This document shows, piece by piece, positions 1-11,585 of a stretch of DNA of 64,000 nucleotides (its first letter is position 1; each line of letters opens with the position of its first letter). Made by a program: the position numbers and the translations under genes. The notes under the pieces were generated by a model, which saw only the letters and a list, made by a program, of their open reading frames with translations, did not search any database and was not told the origin of the DNA. The stretch spans positions 4,340,001 through 4,404,000 of the forward strand of contig CM035359.1 of the NCBI GenBank assembly GCA_020137815.1, in the 5' to 3' direction. Source of the DNA: Hormiphora californensis. Taxonomy: Eukaryota; Animalia; Ctenophora.

Positions 1-1400
1 TCACATTGACAGGTGTCATGAGACGCGACCAATATCGACTAGGTAGATGTAGAGATTAAAGGGAGTTCGGTACCGCCTACTAATAAACCTGGAATATAGA
101 GAGGGAGAAGAGAGAGAGAGAGAAGAGAGAGAGAGCAATTCGAGAGGGGGAAGAGAGAATAGATGAGAAAGAGATAAGGGCGTTTAAAAAAAAAGTGGGG
201 GGGGGAAACCCCGGGGGGGGCCCCCCCCCCCCCAAAAATTTTTTTTTTCCCCCCCTTTTCCCCCCGGGGGGGGGGGGGTTTTAAAAACCCCCCCCGGGGG
301 GGGGGGGGGGGGGGCCCCCCCCCCCCCCCGGGGGGGGGGGGGGTTTTTTTTTTAAAAATTTGAGAAAGGGGGGAAAAAGGAAAAGGGGGAAAAAAAAAAG
401 GCAAAATTTTTTTTTTTAAAATCTCGGGGTTTTTATTGCCTTTGATCTTCCCGTTTTCCCCTTTCCCCCCGCCCCCCCGGGCCTTGCCCCGTTCCCCCCG
501 GGCCCCGTTCTTTTTCCCCCCCTTTTCCCCCCGCCCCCCGGGGGGGTCCCCCCCCTTTTCCCCCCCCCCCCCCGCCCCCTTTTCCCCCCCTTTTTTTTTT
601 GTTCCTTTGTTTTTTTTTTTTTTTTTTTTCCCCCCCCCCCCCCCCCCTTTTTTTTTTTTTTTTTTCGAAAGGGCCAAAAAAAGGACCTGTTTCCAAATTC
701 CTAACCAAAAGGCCCCTTAAATTTTTTTAAAATAAAATTTCAAAACCCTATTTTTCCCCCGGAGAAAAAAAAAAATTTTTAAAAAACCAAAAAAAAAAGA
801 AAAATTTAAGAAAAAGGAAAAAAAATTTTTAGAAAGGAATTTTTGGGGGAGGAAAAAAAGAGGGGGAAAGGGGGATAAAAAAAAATGACAAGGGGCGGAC
901 AAAAAAAAATTTTAGAAAAAAAAGGAAAAAAGGGGGGGCGGAAGAAAATTTTTTAAAGGAAAAAACCCCCCCGGGCGAGGGAGAGTAAGAAAAGAAAAAA
1001 AGGTTGAAAGAAACAAAATTAGGGATAAAGGGTTTTTGAAAGGGGTTTTTTGGGTTTTCAAGAAAACCCATTTAAAAAACCGGGAAATTGGTTTTAAAAA
1101 TTCCTTTTAGGAAATTCCGGGGGAAACAAAAAACTAAAATTTTAAAAAAATTTTACTAGAACATAATTTTTACCTCCCCCCCCAATTTAGAATGGATGGT
1201 GGTTTGGGGGGGGGGGAAAAGGGGGACCCCAAAACCAAAAGGGGCTAAAAGAGGGGATTTTTTTGGGTTAGGTGGTTTAGGGGGGGAAAAAAAACAAGGG
1301 TTTTTTACTTTTTAGGGGAAAAGGGGGGAAAAAAGGGTTGTAGGGGTTAAAAGGTACCATGACATGTCGAAACCCAAATGTGTGAGAATTTGTCGAATCT
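1..1400. other. Low-quality, homopolymer-inflated sequence (probable assembly/consensus artefact)
   Basis: Nearly continuous long runs of G, C, A and T. 1380-1740 is a noisy copy of about 2060-2415. Confidence 0.85.
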
Positions 1401-1740
1401 CTATTGGGTGCGCTAGTGACACATATATAGAGGGGGTTATTATAGGTAGTAACTTGCCATCTTACAACTGCCATTTTCAACGCAGCTGGACACTTTTATA
1501 ATTAATCACCTCTTTTAGAACATATATCAAGTTGATAAAACCAGGTGGGTGGTCGTGTTATACGACCACCCACCTGGTTTAATATGTCGACAATCTTTAA
1601 ACCCCCTTCCGCGGAGTCGGAGCTCAGCACTCAAGTCAACAGAAAACACAGGTTGACATATTGAAATCGAATTATTGTCTGTTTTGATCATTTAATTCGG
1701 CCGGTTGACAACCTTGTTGTTTGTTTCAAGTATATTATAC

Positions 1741-2760
1741 CTGGATGTGGATGAGGAGGCGTCGTGCGGGGTTTGGGGAGGAAATGTTGCCGGAGGAGGA
1801 CGCCACAACAAAGATGGGCTAGAATGGAGTAAGGTGGTTAGGGGCTAGAACAGAGTGATTGGTGGTTATGCCTCCCCCCTAACCGTTAGGAATGGAGTAA
1901 GGTGGTTTGGGGAGGAAATGTTGCCGGAGGAGGACGCCACAACAAAGATGGGCTAGAATGGAGTGGTTAGTGGTTAGGGGCTAGAACAGAGTGATTAGTG
2001 GAAATGTTGCCGGAGGAGGACGCCACAACAAAGATGGGCTAGAATGGAGTGGTTAGTGGTTAGGGGCTAGAACAGATGTGTGGAAATGTATGCCGGTGCG
2101 CTAGGACCACATAAAGAGGGGTGTATTGGTTAGGTTAGTAACAATTGCCATCTTGACAAACTGCCATTCAACGAAGATGGCACTTTATAATGAATCACTG
2201 GTGTTTTAGAACAAGTATCAGTGGAATTGAAGAACCAGAGTGGGTGGTAGTGTTAGGTAAGGACCACCACATGGGTTAAAATGTGAAATGTTGTAACCCT
2301 TCGGGAGTCGGAGGTCGCACTCAAGTCACAGACAAACAGGTGAATATGGAATGAATATGTGGTTTTGATCATTAACGGGGTTGACCACAACATGTGTGTG
2401 TTTCAGAATGATACTGGATGTGGATGAGGAGGCGTCGTGCGGGGTTTGGGGAGGAAATGTTGCCGGAGGAGGACGCCACAACAAAGATGGGCTAGAATGG
2501 AGTAAGGTGGTTAAGGGCTAGAACAGAGTGATTAGTGGTTAGGCCTCACCCCTAACCCCCTAACCGTTAGGAATGGAGTAAGGTGGTTAGTGGTTAGGAG
2601 GAGGAGGAGGAGGAGGACGCCACAACAAAGATGGGCTAGAACAGAGTGGATAGGGGGTTAGGGGTTAGGTGGTTAGTGGTTAAAGATGGACTAGAACGGA
2701 GTTAGGTGGTTAGGGGGTTATGGAACAGGGGGATTAGGTTGTTAGGGATGGGCTAAAAGA
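1741..2760. repeat. Local tandem duplications with degenerate TTAGGG-like repeats
   Basis: The block GGAGGAGGACGCCACAACAAAGATGGGCTAGAA recurs at about 1792, 1926, 2012, 2465 and 2609, interspersed with GGTTAG/TTAGGG-like tracts. Confidence 0.75.
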
Positions 2761-3056
2761 TAGATAGTTACAGGGTGAAGGATGGCTTTAAAATATTGGA
2801 TGGCGGATTAGCATTTAGCAAGATAGGCCAACGATAGTGGAGGAAGGCTTAGAGATGGTACGGCTTAGAGATGGGAGGGGTTATAGAGATGGGAGGGATT
2901 ATAGAGATGGGAAGGGCGGGACTAAAACATGGACTTTAGGAAACAGCGGTAATCGATCCGGAAAGGAAGGGGGAGGTTAAGGACTGGGCTATAATAGAAC
3001 AGGGCCGGGAGGATGGAGGTTGGTTATCTTGCTACATATAATCTGACAATCTCTTA

Positions 3057-3340
3057 CACGGCGTCATACACATTTTTATTTTGAATTTCTATCTGAGATT
3101 TCTATTTGGAATTTCTATCTGGAAGAACCGCACGTGCAGATGCGCCGCGCCGCGGCCCAAATTCACGTGCGAGATTAAAGAGAGAGACGCACATTAACGT
3201 TGTACGTTTGTCTCTCACTCTCTCTTGAAAACCCGCACGTGCAGATGCGCCGCGCCGCGGCTCAAATTCACGTGCGTGTTATACAGATTCTGACAGAAAA
3301 TACGAGCACAAAATTCCATATAAAAATGTGTATGACGGAC
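3057..3340 (+). mobile_element. MITE, PIF/Harbinger (Tourist)-like
   Basis: Terminal inverted repeat CGTCATACACATTTTTA. A near-identical inverted copy lies at 24651-24936. Preceded by TTA. Confidence 0.75.
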
Positions 3341-3715
3341 AGTCCGTCATACACATTTTTATCAAGATGGGCTAAAATAAACGAAGGAAGATTATCGCTG
3401 GGCTATCTTAGATAGTATATCTACAAGTGTGTTGTAGAGCGCAGACAGTCGGAAGAGATATTCAACGAAGCCTCCAAAAGGGAGCAAAACTTTTGGAATT
3501 TTCCCAAATCACAGCAAAGATCAGGATATGAAGTGGGGTGTATAATTTAACAAAGAAATAGCGAACTGACAGCTTTCTGCAGGTAATGCCTGTAAATGAG
3601 CGAATATACAATACGGTCACGCGGGGGTTGATCATATTGTCGAACCCCAATTACTCAAGAAGCTGATCAAGACACAATAGTAATTAGTAAAAACTGAATG
3701 GGGTGAGTCTAAACC

Positions 3716-3855
3716 AGGAACCGACCGAATCAGGAAATACTGGTCCCTGATTGGCTGATAACCAGTCACGTGACCTTATAAATAACGAGTTCTGATTGGT
3801 TGTTTACTTGTTTTGGTCGCGACCAAAACAAGTAAACAACCAATCAGAACTCGTA
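3716..3855. mobile_element. Short MITE, CAGGAACCGACCGA family
   Basis: Same element as 16301-16403 and 26186-26307 (TIR CAGGAACCGACCGA). This copy is rearranged. Confidence 0.7.
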
Positions 3856-4128
3856 ACAATTGTTAATTAAATAAATCCCTGTTCCTCCCCCTTCCCATTT
3901 ATCTACCTAGCCTACTTTATTTGGTTGCTGTCGTCTTACTGGACAGATAAAACTTCAGAAACGGCGCCATATGAAGGCCAATATAACCGCGGAGAACCAA
4001 TATAAAACCTCTCATAGCTTTTCATGGAGATGAACGGCGAGGGAGACAGAGGGAAAGAGTCACATGCACACTCAGTGAGAAAACTAAGAGAGTGCAGAGT
4101 ACTAAAATAGAATGAGCCCTGATATAGA

Positions 4129-4289
4129 CCTTGGAGTGGGGGCCACTGTTGGACCTCCGAACTGGTCTCGCGTATGTTAGCGTGTAATCAGGCATTCAGG
4201 AAAAAAGACGTTGATTCAGTTGTTCAAAATCAAATAACCAACCAAGCACTATTATGCCGCGGTCGGTGTCACCAGCCCAAGGTTGGGAC
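4129..4289. mobile_element. 161-bp insertion with a 14-bp target-site duplication (SINE or truncated LINE tail)
   Basis: AGCCCTGATATAGA at 4115-4128 and 4290-4303 flanks the segment. Confidence 0.65.
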
Positions 4290-4901
4290 AGCCCTGATAT
4301 AGATACTTTGATAAAAAGCAATGAAAAGAAAAAAATAAATACTTTTTCCATATGTTTAGGTATATTTTGGCGAGGTATAAACAACAGATTTGCATCTGCA
4401 CTCAGAAGAGCGGAGCGAGGAGAATGGCCGTCAGATCTAGGCCGCTGACAAAATATTAAAAGGAATTACTTACATGGTGGTGCTTGTGGTGCCATTACGG
4501 TATCCGCCATTACCGTAATGATACTACAAGCACTGCACTGTCAGAATTGGGCTGACAAAATGCTAAAAGGGTGGAGCTGTTATATCAGGTCTACTACCGC
4601 AGCAGAGTAAAAGGCTTCAAGCTAGAACCATAAGGTGCCATATAGTGGCGGGGGTGGTGGGGTAACTTACAACCTACAGGACTACTACTACCGCCGCGCA
4701 GCAGAGTAAAAGGCTTCAAGCTAGAACCATAAGGTGCCATATAATAGTGGTGGAGTTGGGGGTGGTGGGGGGAGACTTACAACCTGTCTATTATGTGTGA
4801 CGTCACGTGTGTGACGAGAGAGAGAGACTACTTTTTATAAGGACATGTCAATTTAAAATGTCAATAAACGTGCCCACCATCTTTCAGTATAAACTCTATG
4901 T

Positions 4902-5036
<135 letters not shown>

Positions 5037-6504
5037 TGCACTTACTTATTGCCTGGCAGGTAGTACCACTGTGGCCTAGGGAGAATGTAACAGTAGGTTG
5101 GTCTTTGTGCTGGGTGATATGAGGTTTAGATATTGACAGTTAATAATATATCCCATGGTTGATGAACATATTGCATAGACCAAAAATGTGACATTACATG
5201 GCCCTGAACACTGCATGTCACTTTGCAACGTCACTGACGTCAGAATTGGTTGCCGATGACGTCAAAACACGTCAGTTAATCAGAATTGATGACGTTGTAC
5301 CATATGTCGCCCCCCCCTGACAAGATGCTATCCTTAGATTATGACGTCATTTTGTTCATTAGAAGTGTGACGTCACTGATCCATATTGCACTACGTAATA
5401 GATGCAGACACACCAGCTGGTACTGAGCTGCTATTATAGCGGCGCGGGGAATGAAGTTGTCAACAAATTACAGACCATCATGGTATCATGGTGAAGAATA
5501 GGAATTCACTCCCTCATATGGCCACAGAGAAGCTGCAAAGTAGCTTATAAATATAGTCAACTCGATTCAAACATTTGAAGTATAGAAATTCCTCTTATAT
5601 AGTTTTCCAATCGGACAATTATGGACTTCATTATATCCAGCATGGTTCGACATATGGAAATCCAGGGCCCTGGAAGACTTGCTACCACGTCATGGTACGG
5701 CTGCAGTAGGGTACCCAAAGTGATTTCAGGTGAAAGTAGGAAGTGTTACTAAGCGAGAAATTGCGCGCCACAATGCATGTTAATCATTTCCTTTGTTGCA
5801 TCAACAAAGTGTGACCTGAAAGTTTTATGAAGGAGCAGACTTTGTTACTATGTGTAACGGTGGACGGACTGACGGACGGACATTTAGTTAACTCCACGAT
5901 CTGCTGATTTCTAAACCCTGAATGATATTTTGAGCATGTGCGTGCTAAAAACATCATCCCGGGTGAATGCCCGGGCAGGGAAAAAATACTCAGGTTCCAG
6001 TCATGGCTCAAATTTAACTTTAACTCGTCCCTCTGAAAGGCAAGTTAAATAAAGTGAAAGTCAGCTTTTAGAATTAGAAACAATAGCACACGGGGGTCGC
6101 GCCAGGTGTCTATGTTACCAATAGCACACTCACCGGGTGCGCCTCAAGCACGGGTGAACCTCTTTGCTCACCTCTTGAGAGAGAACAGCAGCGATTTTCA
6201 CAAAAAGTTATCTGGATACTCCTTGATGGCTAACTAAAACTTTAGTGAAAACCACATGTTTTTGAAAATCGAGCTAACACATGCGAGACGCACCATTAAT
6301 AGGCCCATATATGGCCGTTAAAGTGCATGTGCAGATCGGCATTTACCACCATATATGGGCCCATTCGACGACGAGACATCTTCAAATTGTAATAGAGACT
6401 AGTGACAGACCAATATAGGAATACACAGTTTTTTTGCAGGGTTTAGAATAACCCAAAACACGTCATATCAATGTCATATCAAACAAATCACACATCTTGT
6501 CATC

Positions 6505-7107
6505 TTATCCACGGGGAGGAGGGTGTCGGAGTCCCTTTCCGAAGTTAAGCCTGGCCTGGTTACACCCGTGGTGTATAACGATGGGGTTGTTGTTCTTGGG
6601 ATTGGGACTTCCGTTAAGTGGATGCCAGCACTTGCCACTGGTCTTGTGCTGGATGGATCCGCTAGGGAGGAACCTAAACCTGGCGTGAGGCTTTCCACAG
6701 TCACGGTGAAGGACGAGGGGCTCGTTGTCGCCGGGCTTGGGCTTCCTGTGGTGGGGTACAATACAAAGTCCGGAGGTTGTGTGTCGGATGGATCCGTCGG
6801 GGAGATAACAGAATTCAAGGCGCTTTCCACCACATCCAGTATGTGTGACGATCTTGGTTCCGGGGGGAGAGTTGGGTCGACCGCCGAGAGGGTGGACACA
6901 CTTGTTGCTGTGGTGCCGGATAGGGGCACAGTTGGCTGAAAATGGTAGGTGTCAGAAGCTATTGAATATAGACCCGAAAAGACAGTAGAAAATTATAGAT
7001 AAATGTCTTGTCTTGATCAGACTCTCTCGTGCTAATAACGGCTAAATAGAAAATAACTTACAGTAAACCAGGGCGATGAGAGCCGAGAAAACAATGAAAA
7101 GCTTCAT
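6505..7107 (-). CDS. Secreted mytilectin-like beta-trefoil lectin, 158 aa, 2 exons (7107-7062, 6935-6505)
   Basis: Exon 1 encodes the signal peptide MKLFIVFSALIALVY, followed by a 126-nt GT-AG phase-1 intron. Exon 2 reads SNCAPIRHHSNKCVHPLGGRPNSPPGTKIVTHTGC...IRHTTSGLCIVPHHRKPKPGDNEPLVLHRDC...IQHKTSGKCWHPLNGSPNPKNNNPIVIHHGC...RG*. It has three ~45-aa repeats matching the MytiLec pattern H-x-x-SGK-x-x-HPxGG-x-x-P-x-N-x-x-LV(L/I)H. The frame differs from the ORF-track call 6474..6929. Confidence 0.9.
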
Positions 7108-7130
7108 GGTGACAAAATGTTAGTTTTGAA

Positions 7131-7165
7131 AACTGATTTTACCTCGCCTCTTCAGCTATTTTATA
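7131..7165 (-). promoter_or_regulatory. TATA box plus initiator (core promoter of the lectin gene)
   Basis: Minus strand TATAAAA (7165-7159) lies 31 nt upstream of the A in TCAGTT (7136-7131, Inr consensus TCAKTY). The ATG is 27 nt downstream of that A. Confidence 0.75.
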
Positions 7166-7174
7166 CCCCTTTCT

Positions 7175-7351
7175 GGAGACTTCTGGAGACACCTGTTGAC
7201 ATCCCATATATGGATCTTTTTCCTCCCCCTGGATCTTTTCAAGCAACGTGGAGTAACCCGGATGTCAGAAATGCTATATGTTCACACATTATTTCAAAAT
7301 CACACCACCGATCACGCCGCATGAAGAAGTGTTACTGCTGACAAGACAGAT
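7175..7351 (+). repeat. About 180-bp direct repeat, copy 1 (copy 2 at about 9768-9952)
   Basis: CCCATATATGGATCTTTT...GTTACTGCTGACAAGACAGAT is near-identical at both positions. Confidence 0.85.
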
Positions 7352-7789
7352 CAGGGGGTATGTATAAACCCGTATAGCCCGGATAGTCCGGATAATTGAT
7401 GTTTTTGAGATATCCGGATAACCTAGCTAGGATAAGCGAATCCAGATATTAGATAACTCGGATACTGAAATCCAGATTACTCGGATAACTCGGATAAATG
7501 TCTGGATAACTCGGATAAATATCCAAGGTCCAGGGTTCGATTCTGGTCTAGCGCTCGTCGTCTATTCCACTAAGCTATGATTGGTACGGGGATTTACCCG
7601 GATAGTGCACTCGTTGCAAAGGTTCACCTAGTCGTACAGGTGTCACACTAATTAATTAGTGTGTTATAATTGTAAGGTGCTCACGTGTAGAAATACATGT
7701 GTTCATCACTCATCAGTGGCTTTGAGGAGCCTGTAAAAGGGACATCAAGCCAACTGCACGAGTTTGCATTACTATTATATAACTTAAAC

Positions 7790-7885
7790 GTCCGGATAAC
7801 TCGGATAAATGTCCGGATAACTCGGATAAATGTCCGGATAACTCGGATAAATGTCCGGATAACTTGGATAAATATCCGGATAACT
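7790..7885 (+). repeat. 21-bp tandem repeat (CCGGATAACTCGGATAAATGT), left array
   Basis: 4-5 units, with further degenerate units at 7380-7525. Confidence 0.9.
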
Positions 7886-7892
7886 TCGGGTA

Positions 7893-9345
7893 GTGGAAAT
7901 TCTTTTCTGCTATGACCATTGTATGAAACGTCCAGAGGCCGCACAGATCAGCTTGGAGATAGATGATTTCCGGGCGCTGGACCTAAGCAAGGCAGACTTT
8001 GAAAAGATTTCGGGGGACATCGAGGAACACGACTGGGAAGAAATTTATGAGAGAAGTGGAGCGGAAAAGTTTCCAGAGGAGTTTCGACTTATCCTGTACA
8101 AAGCTGCTGTTAAGTACAGTCCTAAGAAGAAACCGGGCAAAAAGAGGAGCAGTCGACTCAAACTACTTTCACAAAAGAAAAGAGCAGTACGGGATAAGCT
8201 GACACGAGTCTGGGATAAGGGGGATGCCCCGACAGGGCAGATTCAAGCACTGGAAACTAGGATAGGAAACCTAAATTGGATGATAAGGGAGGAAGTGATA
8301 GAGAGTCTCCGAGTCGGCTCAGAAAGGAAAGGGGAGCAGTGGAGAAGATACAAGAGAACAACAAGGCTAACATCCTGGCTGAGCAATTCCAATCGGTTTT
8401 TAGTGTACCCAGAGAGGATACTGAGGTAGAAAATGTCTACCTCAGTATCCTCTCTGGGTTGGCAGACATTGAAAGAAGTAACTGCAAGGAGGGAGATGAA
8501 GAGCTGGAATTTACATGAGCAGAGTTAACAGAGGCTCTTATGGAAATTAAGAAAGGAGCGGCATCGGGACCAGACGGAATTCCAGCGGACCTTCTGAGGT
8601 CGTGTGCAGAAGCAGTGAGCAGCCCTCTGCACCTGCAATGTGGATGCACTCGCTCCAGGAAGGTAGGGTCCCAGAAATGTACAAGAACTCTATCATCGTT
8701 CCTCTGTACAAAAAGGGAAGTCGGGCGAGGGCAGAGAACAATTGCAGACCCGTGTCATTAACTGACCATGCAAGGAAAGCCTTTGAGAGGAAAAGACTGG
8801 TCAAGTACTTTGAATCCAATGGCCGGTACCCTGCCGACGGTCCTCCCTGCTGACGGGTCGACAGGGAGGGCATTCGGCAGGGAGGGACGGAGGGTGGCAT
8901 ATAATAGGGGTCTAATGCCCTACATGACGAAATTAGTATAAGATCGCCGTTGGCAGGGAGGGCATTAGACCCCTATTTCCTGCCCTCCCTGCCGAATACT
9001 CAGTGAGTTACTCCGAATGAGTTTTCGGCAGGGAGGGCATTTACCCATCCTTTTACCCTCTGTACCTACGATCAGTAGGGAGGGCGTTTCACTCCTGCTG
9101 TGAACTCGAGAATTTGGCCGGCAGGCCAAATACGAAGAGTTCACTGTGTATTGTTCCTCTCAGTATCGTTAGGGCTTAGGGTTAGGGTTAGAGTTAAGGC
9201 AGTGGTTAGGGTGAGGGTTAGGGTGGTGGTTAGGGCAGTGGTTAGGGTGATAGTCTCTTCCTGGACATACAGCACGGCTTTATGAAGCGCAGAAGCACAC
9301 TTACACAGCTTATTCAGCATTTTGACGAGGTATATGAGAATTACG
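7893..9345 (+). mobile_element. Degenerate LINE (CR1/Jockey-group) ORF2 fragment, interrupted by a nested insertion
   Basis: Frameshifted motifs LSKADFEKI..DWEEIY, KANILAEQFQSVFS, ASGPDGIPADLL and IIVPLYKKGSR...RPVSLT, then VKYFESNG continuing after the insertion as LFLDIQHGFMKRRSTLTQL (start of the RT domain). Confidence 0.88.
8824..9254. mobile_element. Nested non-autonomous element with GGCAGGGAGGG motifs and a telomere-like tract
   Basis: Splits the LINE frame between ESNG and LFLDIQHGF. Contains the inverted repeat GGGGTCTAATGCCC/GGGCATTAGACCCC and ends in TTAGGG-like repeats (9168-9250). Confidence 0.7.
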
Positions 9346-9356
9346 GTCCAGAGAAG

Positions 9357-9764
9357 CGGATAACTCGGATAAATGTCCGGATAACTCAGATAAATGTCCG
9401 GATAACTCGGATAAATGTCCGGATCACTCGGATAAATCTCCGGATAACTCGGATAAATACCCAGATAACTCGGATAAATGTCCGGATAACTCGGATAAAT
9501 GTCCGGATCACTCGGATAAATGTCCGGATAACTCGGATAAATGTCTGGATAACTCGGATAAATGTCTGGATAACTCAGATAAATATCCGGATAACTCGGA
9601 TAAATGTCCGGATAACTCGGATAAATGTCCGGATAACTCGGATGAATGTCTGGATAACTCGGATAAATGTCTGGATAACTCAGATAAATGTCCGGATAAC
9701 TCGGATAAATATCCGGATAACTCGGATAAATGTCCGGATAACTCGGATGAATGTCCGGATAACT
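9357..9764 (+). repeat. 21-bp tandem minisatellite (CCGGATAACTCGGATAAATGT), about 19 units
   Basis: Explains the SYPDIYP and RITRINV pseudo-ORFs. Confidence 0.95.
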
Positions 9765-10437
9765 AACGGAGACTTGTGACACTTGTTGAAACCCCATATA
9801 TGGATCTTTTCCCTCCCCCTGGATCTTTTCAAGCAACAATCTCTATACGAGGAGTAACCCGGATGTCAGAAATGCTATATGTTCACACATTATTTCACAA
9901 TCACACCACCGATCACGCCGCATGAAGAAGTGTTACTGCTGACAAGACAGATTGTCTTTCTAAGACTCTGTTGGGGTGGTTTAGCGAATTTAACAGGTAG
10001 ATCAGGTACGGAATGGTAGTGAGATGATGCCAAGCTTACTAGATCACTGATCCACTTTTAACTGGGTAACGAAATCCATACCAATATATTTTCTTTGCAA
10101 TAAATACTGTACCAGAGCAATAGAGCATTGTGATCCTGACGGTCAAATACCTGAATAAATAGCTCTTGCCTCTTACAAACAGAGTCGTCTGTGGATTAGA
10201 CAGCTGCCTTTAAGATTGCAGTTGTACCTTATCTAATTTTCACCAAACAGGGGTCATGAATCATGAACGAATGGTGAACGAATGGTGAGAGAAAGAGAAA
10301 GAAGAAATGATAAGTTATAAAAGACATGCGCTTCATAAAATTCTCTACATTTTACGTCAATGTTTGCGTCCAGATTATCTCCAGAAGAAGAGAGAGGTGA
10401 GGGGGAATAAAGAAATCTGAGATAGAAGCTTAGAGAG

Positions 10438-10469
<32 letters not shown>

Positions 10470-10971
10470 CGGAGAGTGAAGTAGGAAATATGAGCTTACT
10501 AGGTCATGCTTATTAAATCAGTTTTTCACCTTATTGAATCAGAGCTCCGTCTGTTATCAGATTTTCTTCCCTGCTCTTATCATGTTTCACGGAGCTGCTT
10601 TTTTTCAGCACACCTTTCCATGTGTTTCTACTAGCTGATTGGTTACTTTTTTGAGTCGCTTGACACTGTCCGTGCTATGAACAATTCAACACTTTTTAGC
10701 ATTGTCAATTATATTTGAGCAGGAAGCAATTAGTTGTACTTTTGCTTGGTAACGAAATAACCCCTCCCTTGCCGGCGCACGAAGGTCGCGAGGTTATTTC
10801 GTAACCAATGCTTTTGCTCAAGTGTTAGTGCAATCAGTGGCAAATACTAAAGTTTTGAAATAAAATGTTTAAACAATACTTATTTGCTTATTTACTTATA
10901 CAATTATGTTATTTTGCCGGTTTTTAACTAACAGATTATACTGATTACTGACCCTTCTACGCCCCTTATAG

Positions 10972-11585
10972 TCTGTAAGGCTACACGTTGGCGCAATTGA
11001 GTCAGTAGACTTTTTGGAAGTAAGTTATTCATTCCAAATATTGAAATAACTGATGATTTGGAATCCATTCCAAATCATCAGTTATTTCAACCTTTACCAA
11101 CTTTTACACATTGAAGTTATTCTCAAATTCCTTACCTTTCCACACTCCTTACCTCTCCAGTCTCCATGCTCCTTAACTCTCCACACTCCTTATAAGGAGT
11201 GTGGTAAGGTGGCAAGGCCTTACCTTTCCACACTCCTTACCTTTCCACACTCCTTACTTTTCCACACTTACTTCTCCACATTCCTTACTTTTCCACACTC
11301 CTTACTTCTCCACATTCCTTACTTTTCCACACTCCTTACTTCTCCACATTCCTTACTTTTCCACACTCCTTACTTCTCCACATTCCTTACTTTTCCACAC
11401 TCCTTACCTTTCCATACTCCTTACCTTTCAACACTCCTTACCTTTCCACGCTCCTTACTTTTCCACGCTCCTTACTTTTCCACATTCCTTACCTCTCCAC
11501 ATTTCAGATTCCGATTGATGACCACCAAGGAGTAATTCTCAAGCTCGAACAAGAACTACCTTGGGATACAGGTCCAGGTGGATAG
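10972..11585 (+). CDS. Non-AUG upstream coding region (uCC-like) of the ODC-like gene; leader exons 10972-11019 and 11508-11610
   Basis: The spliced frame SVRLHVGAIESVDFLE|IPIDDHQGVILKLEQELPWDTGPGG* has no in-frame ATG. Candidate AUU starts are at 10996 (gcaATTg) and 11508 (gaa|ATTccg); TAG at 11583-11585. Splice sites are canonical (ttatag|, |gtaagt, ttcag|, |gtaatt). Confidence 0.65.
11128..11500 (+). repeat. About 19-20-bp tandem repeat (TTCCACACTCCTTACYT)
   Basis: About 18 units filling the leader intron, with degenerate copies to about 11770. Explains ORFs 11053..11535 and 11201..11518. Confidence 0.9.

Noticed and set aside
39-1071. K/G/P/F-rich ORFs (also all ORFs in 36580-48631)
   Set aside because: Products of homopolymer-inflated artefactual sequence.
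4129-4289. Possible HDV-like or twister ribozyme in the TSD-flanked insert
   Set aside because: Partial motif resemblance only (GGGGGCCA..., GGT..AGCCC); I could not build the required pseudoknots.
6474-6939. ORF-track mucin-like Ser/Thr/Pro protein (minus) and 138-aa plus-strand ORF
   Set aside because: Shadow frames of the lectin exon; the phase-1 splice from the signal-peptide exon selects the lectin frame.
9357-9764. CRISPR-like regular repeats (also 11128-11500 and 48627-49272)
   Set aside because: Head-to-tail repeats with no unique spacers, no cas genes, and a eukaryotic context.
9141-9839. 232-aa SYPDIYP heptad-repeat ORF, superficially like the RNA Pol II CTD
   Set aside because: Translation of a 21-bp minisatellite that is open on both strands; no gene context.
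11042-11089. CTGATGA-containing hairpin as a hammerhead or snoRNA
   Set aside because: A simple perfect palindrome without hammerhead three-stem geometry; likely a MITE remnant, like 10747-10808 and 22668-22725.
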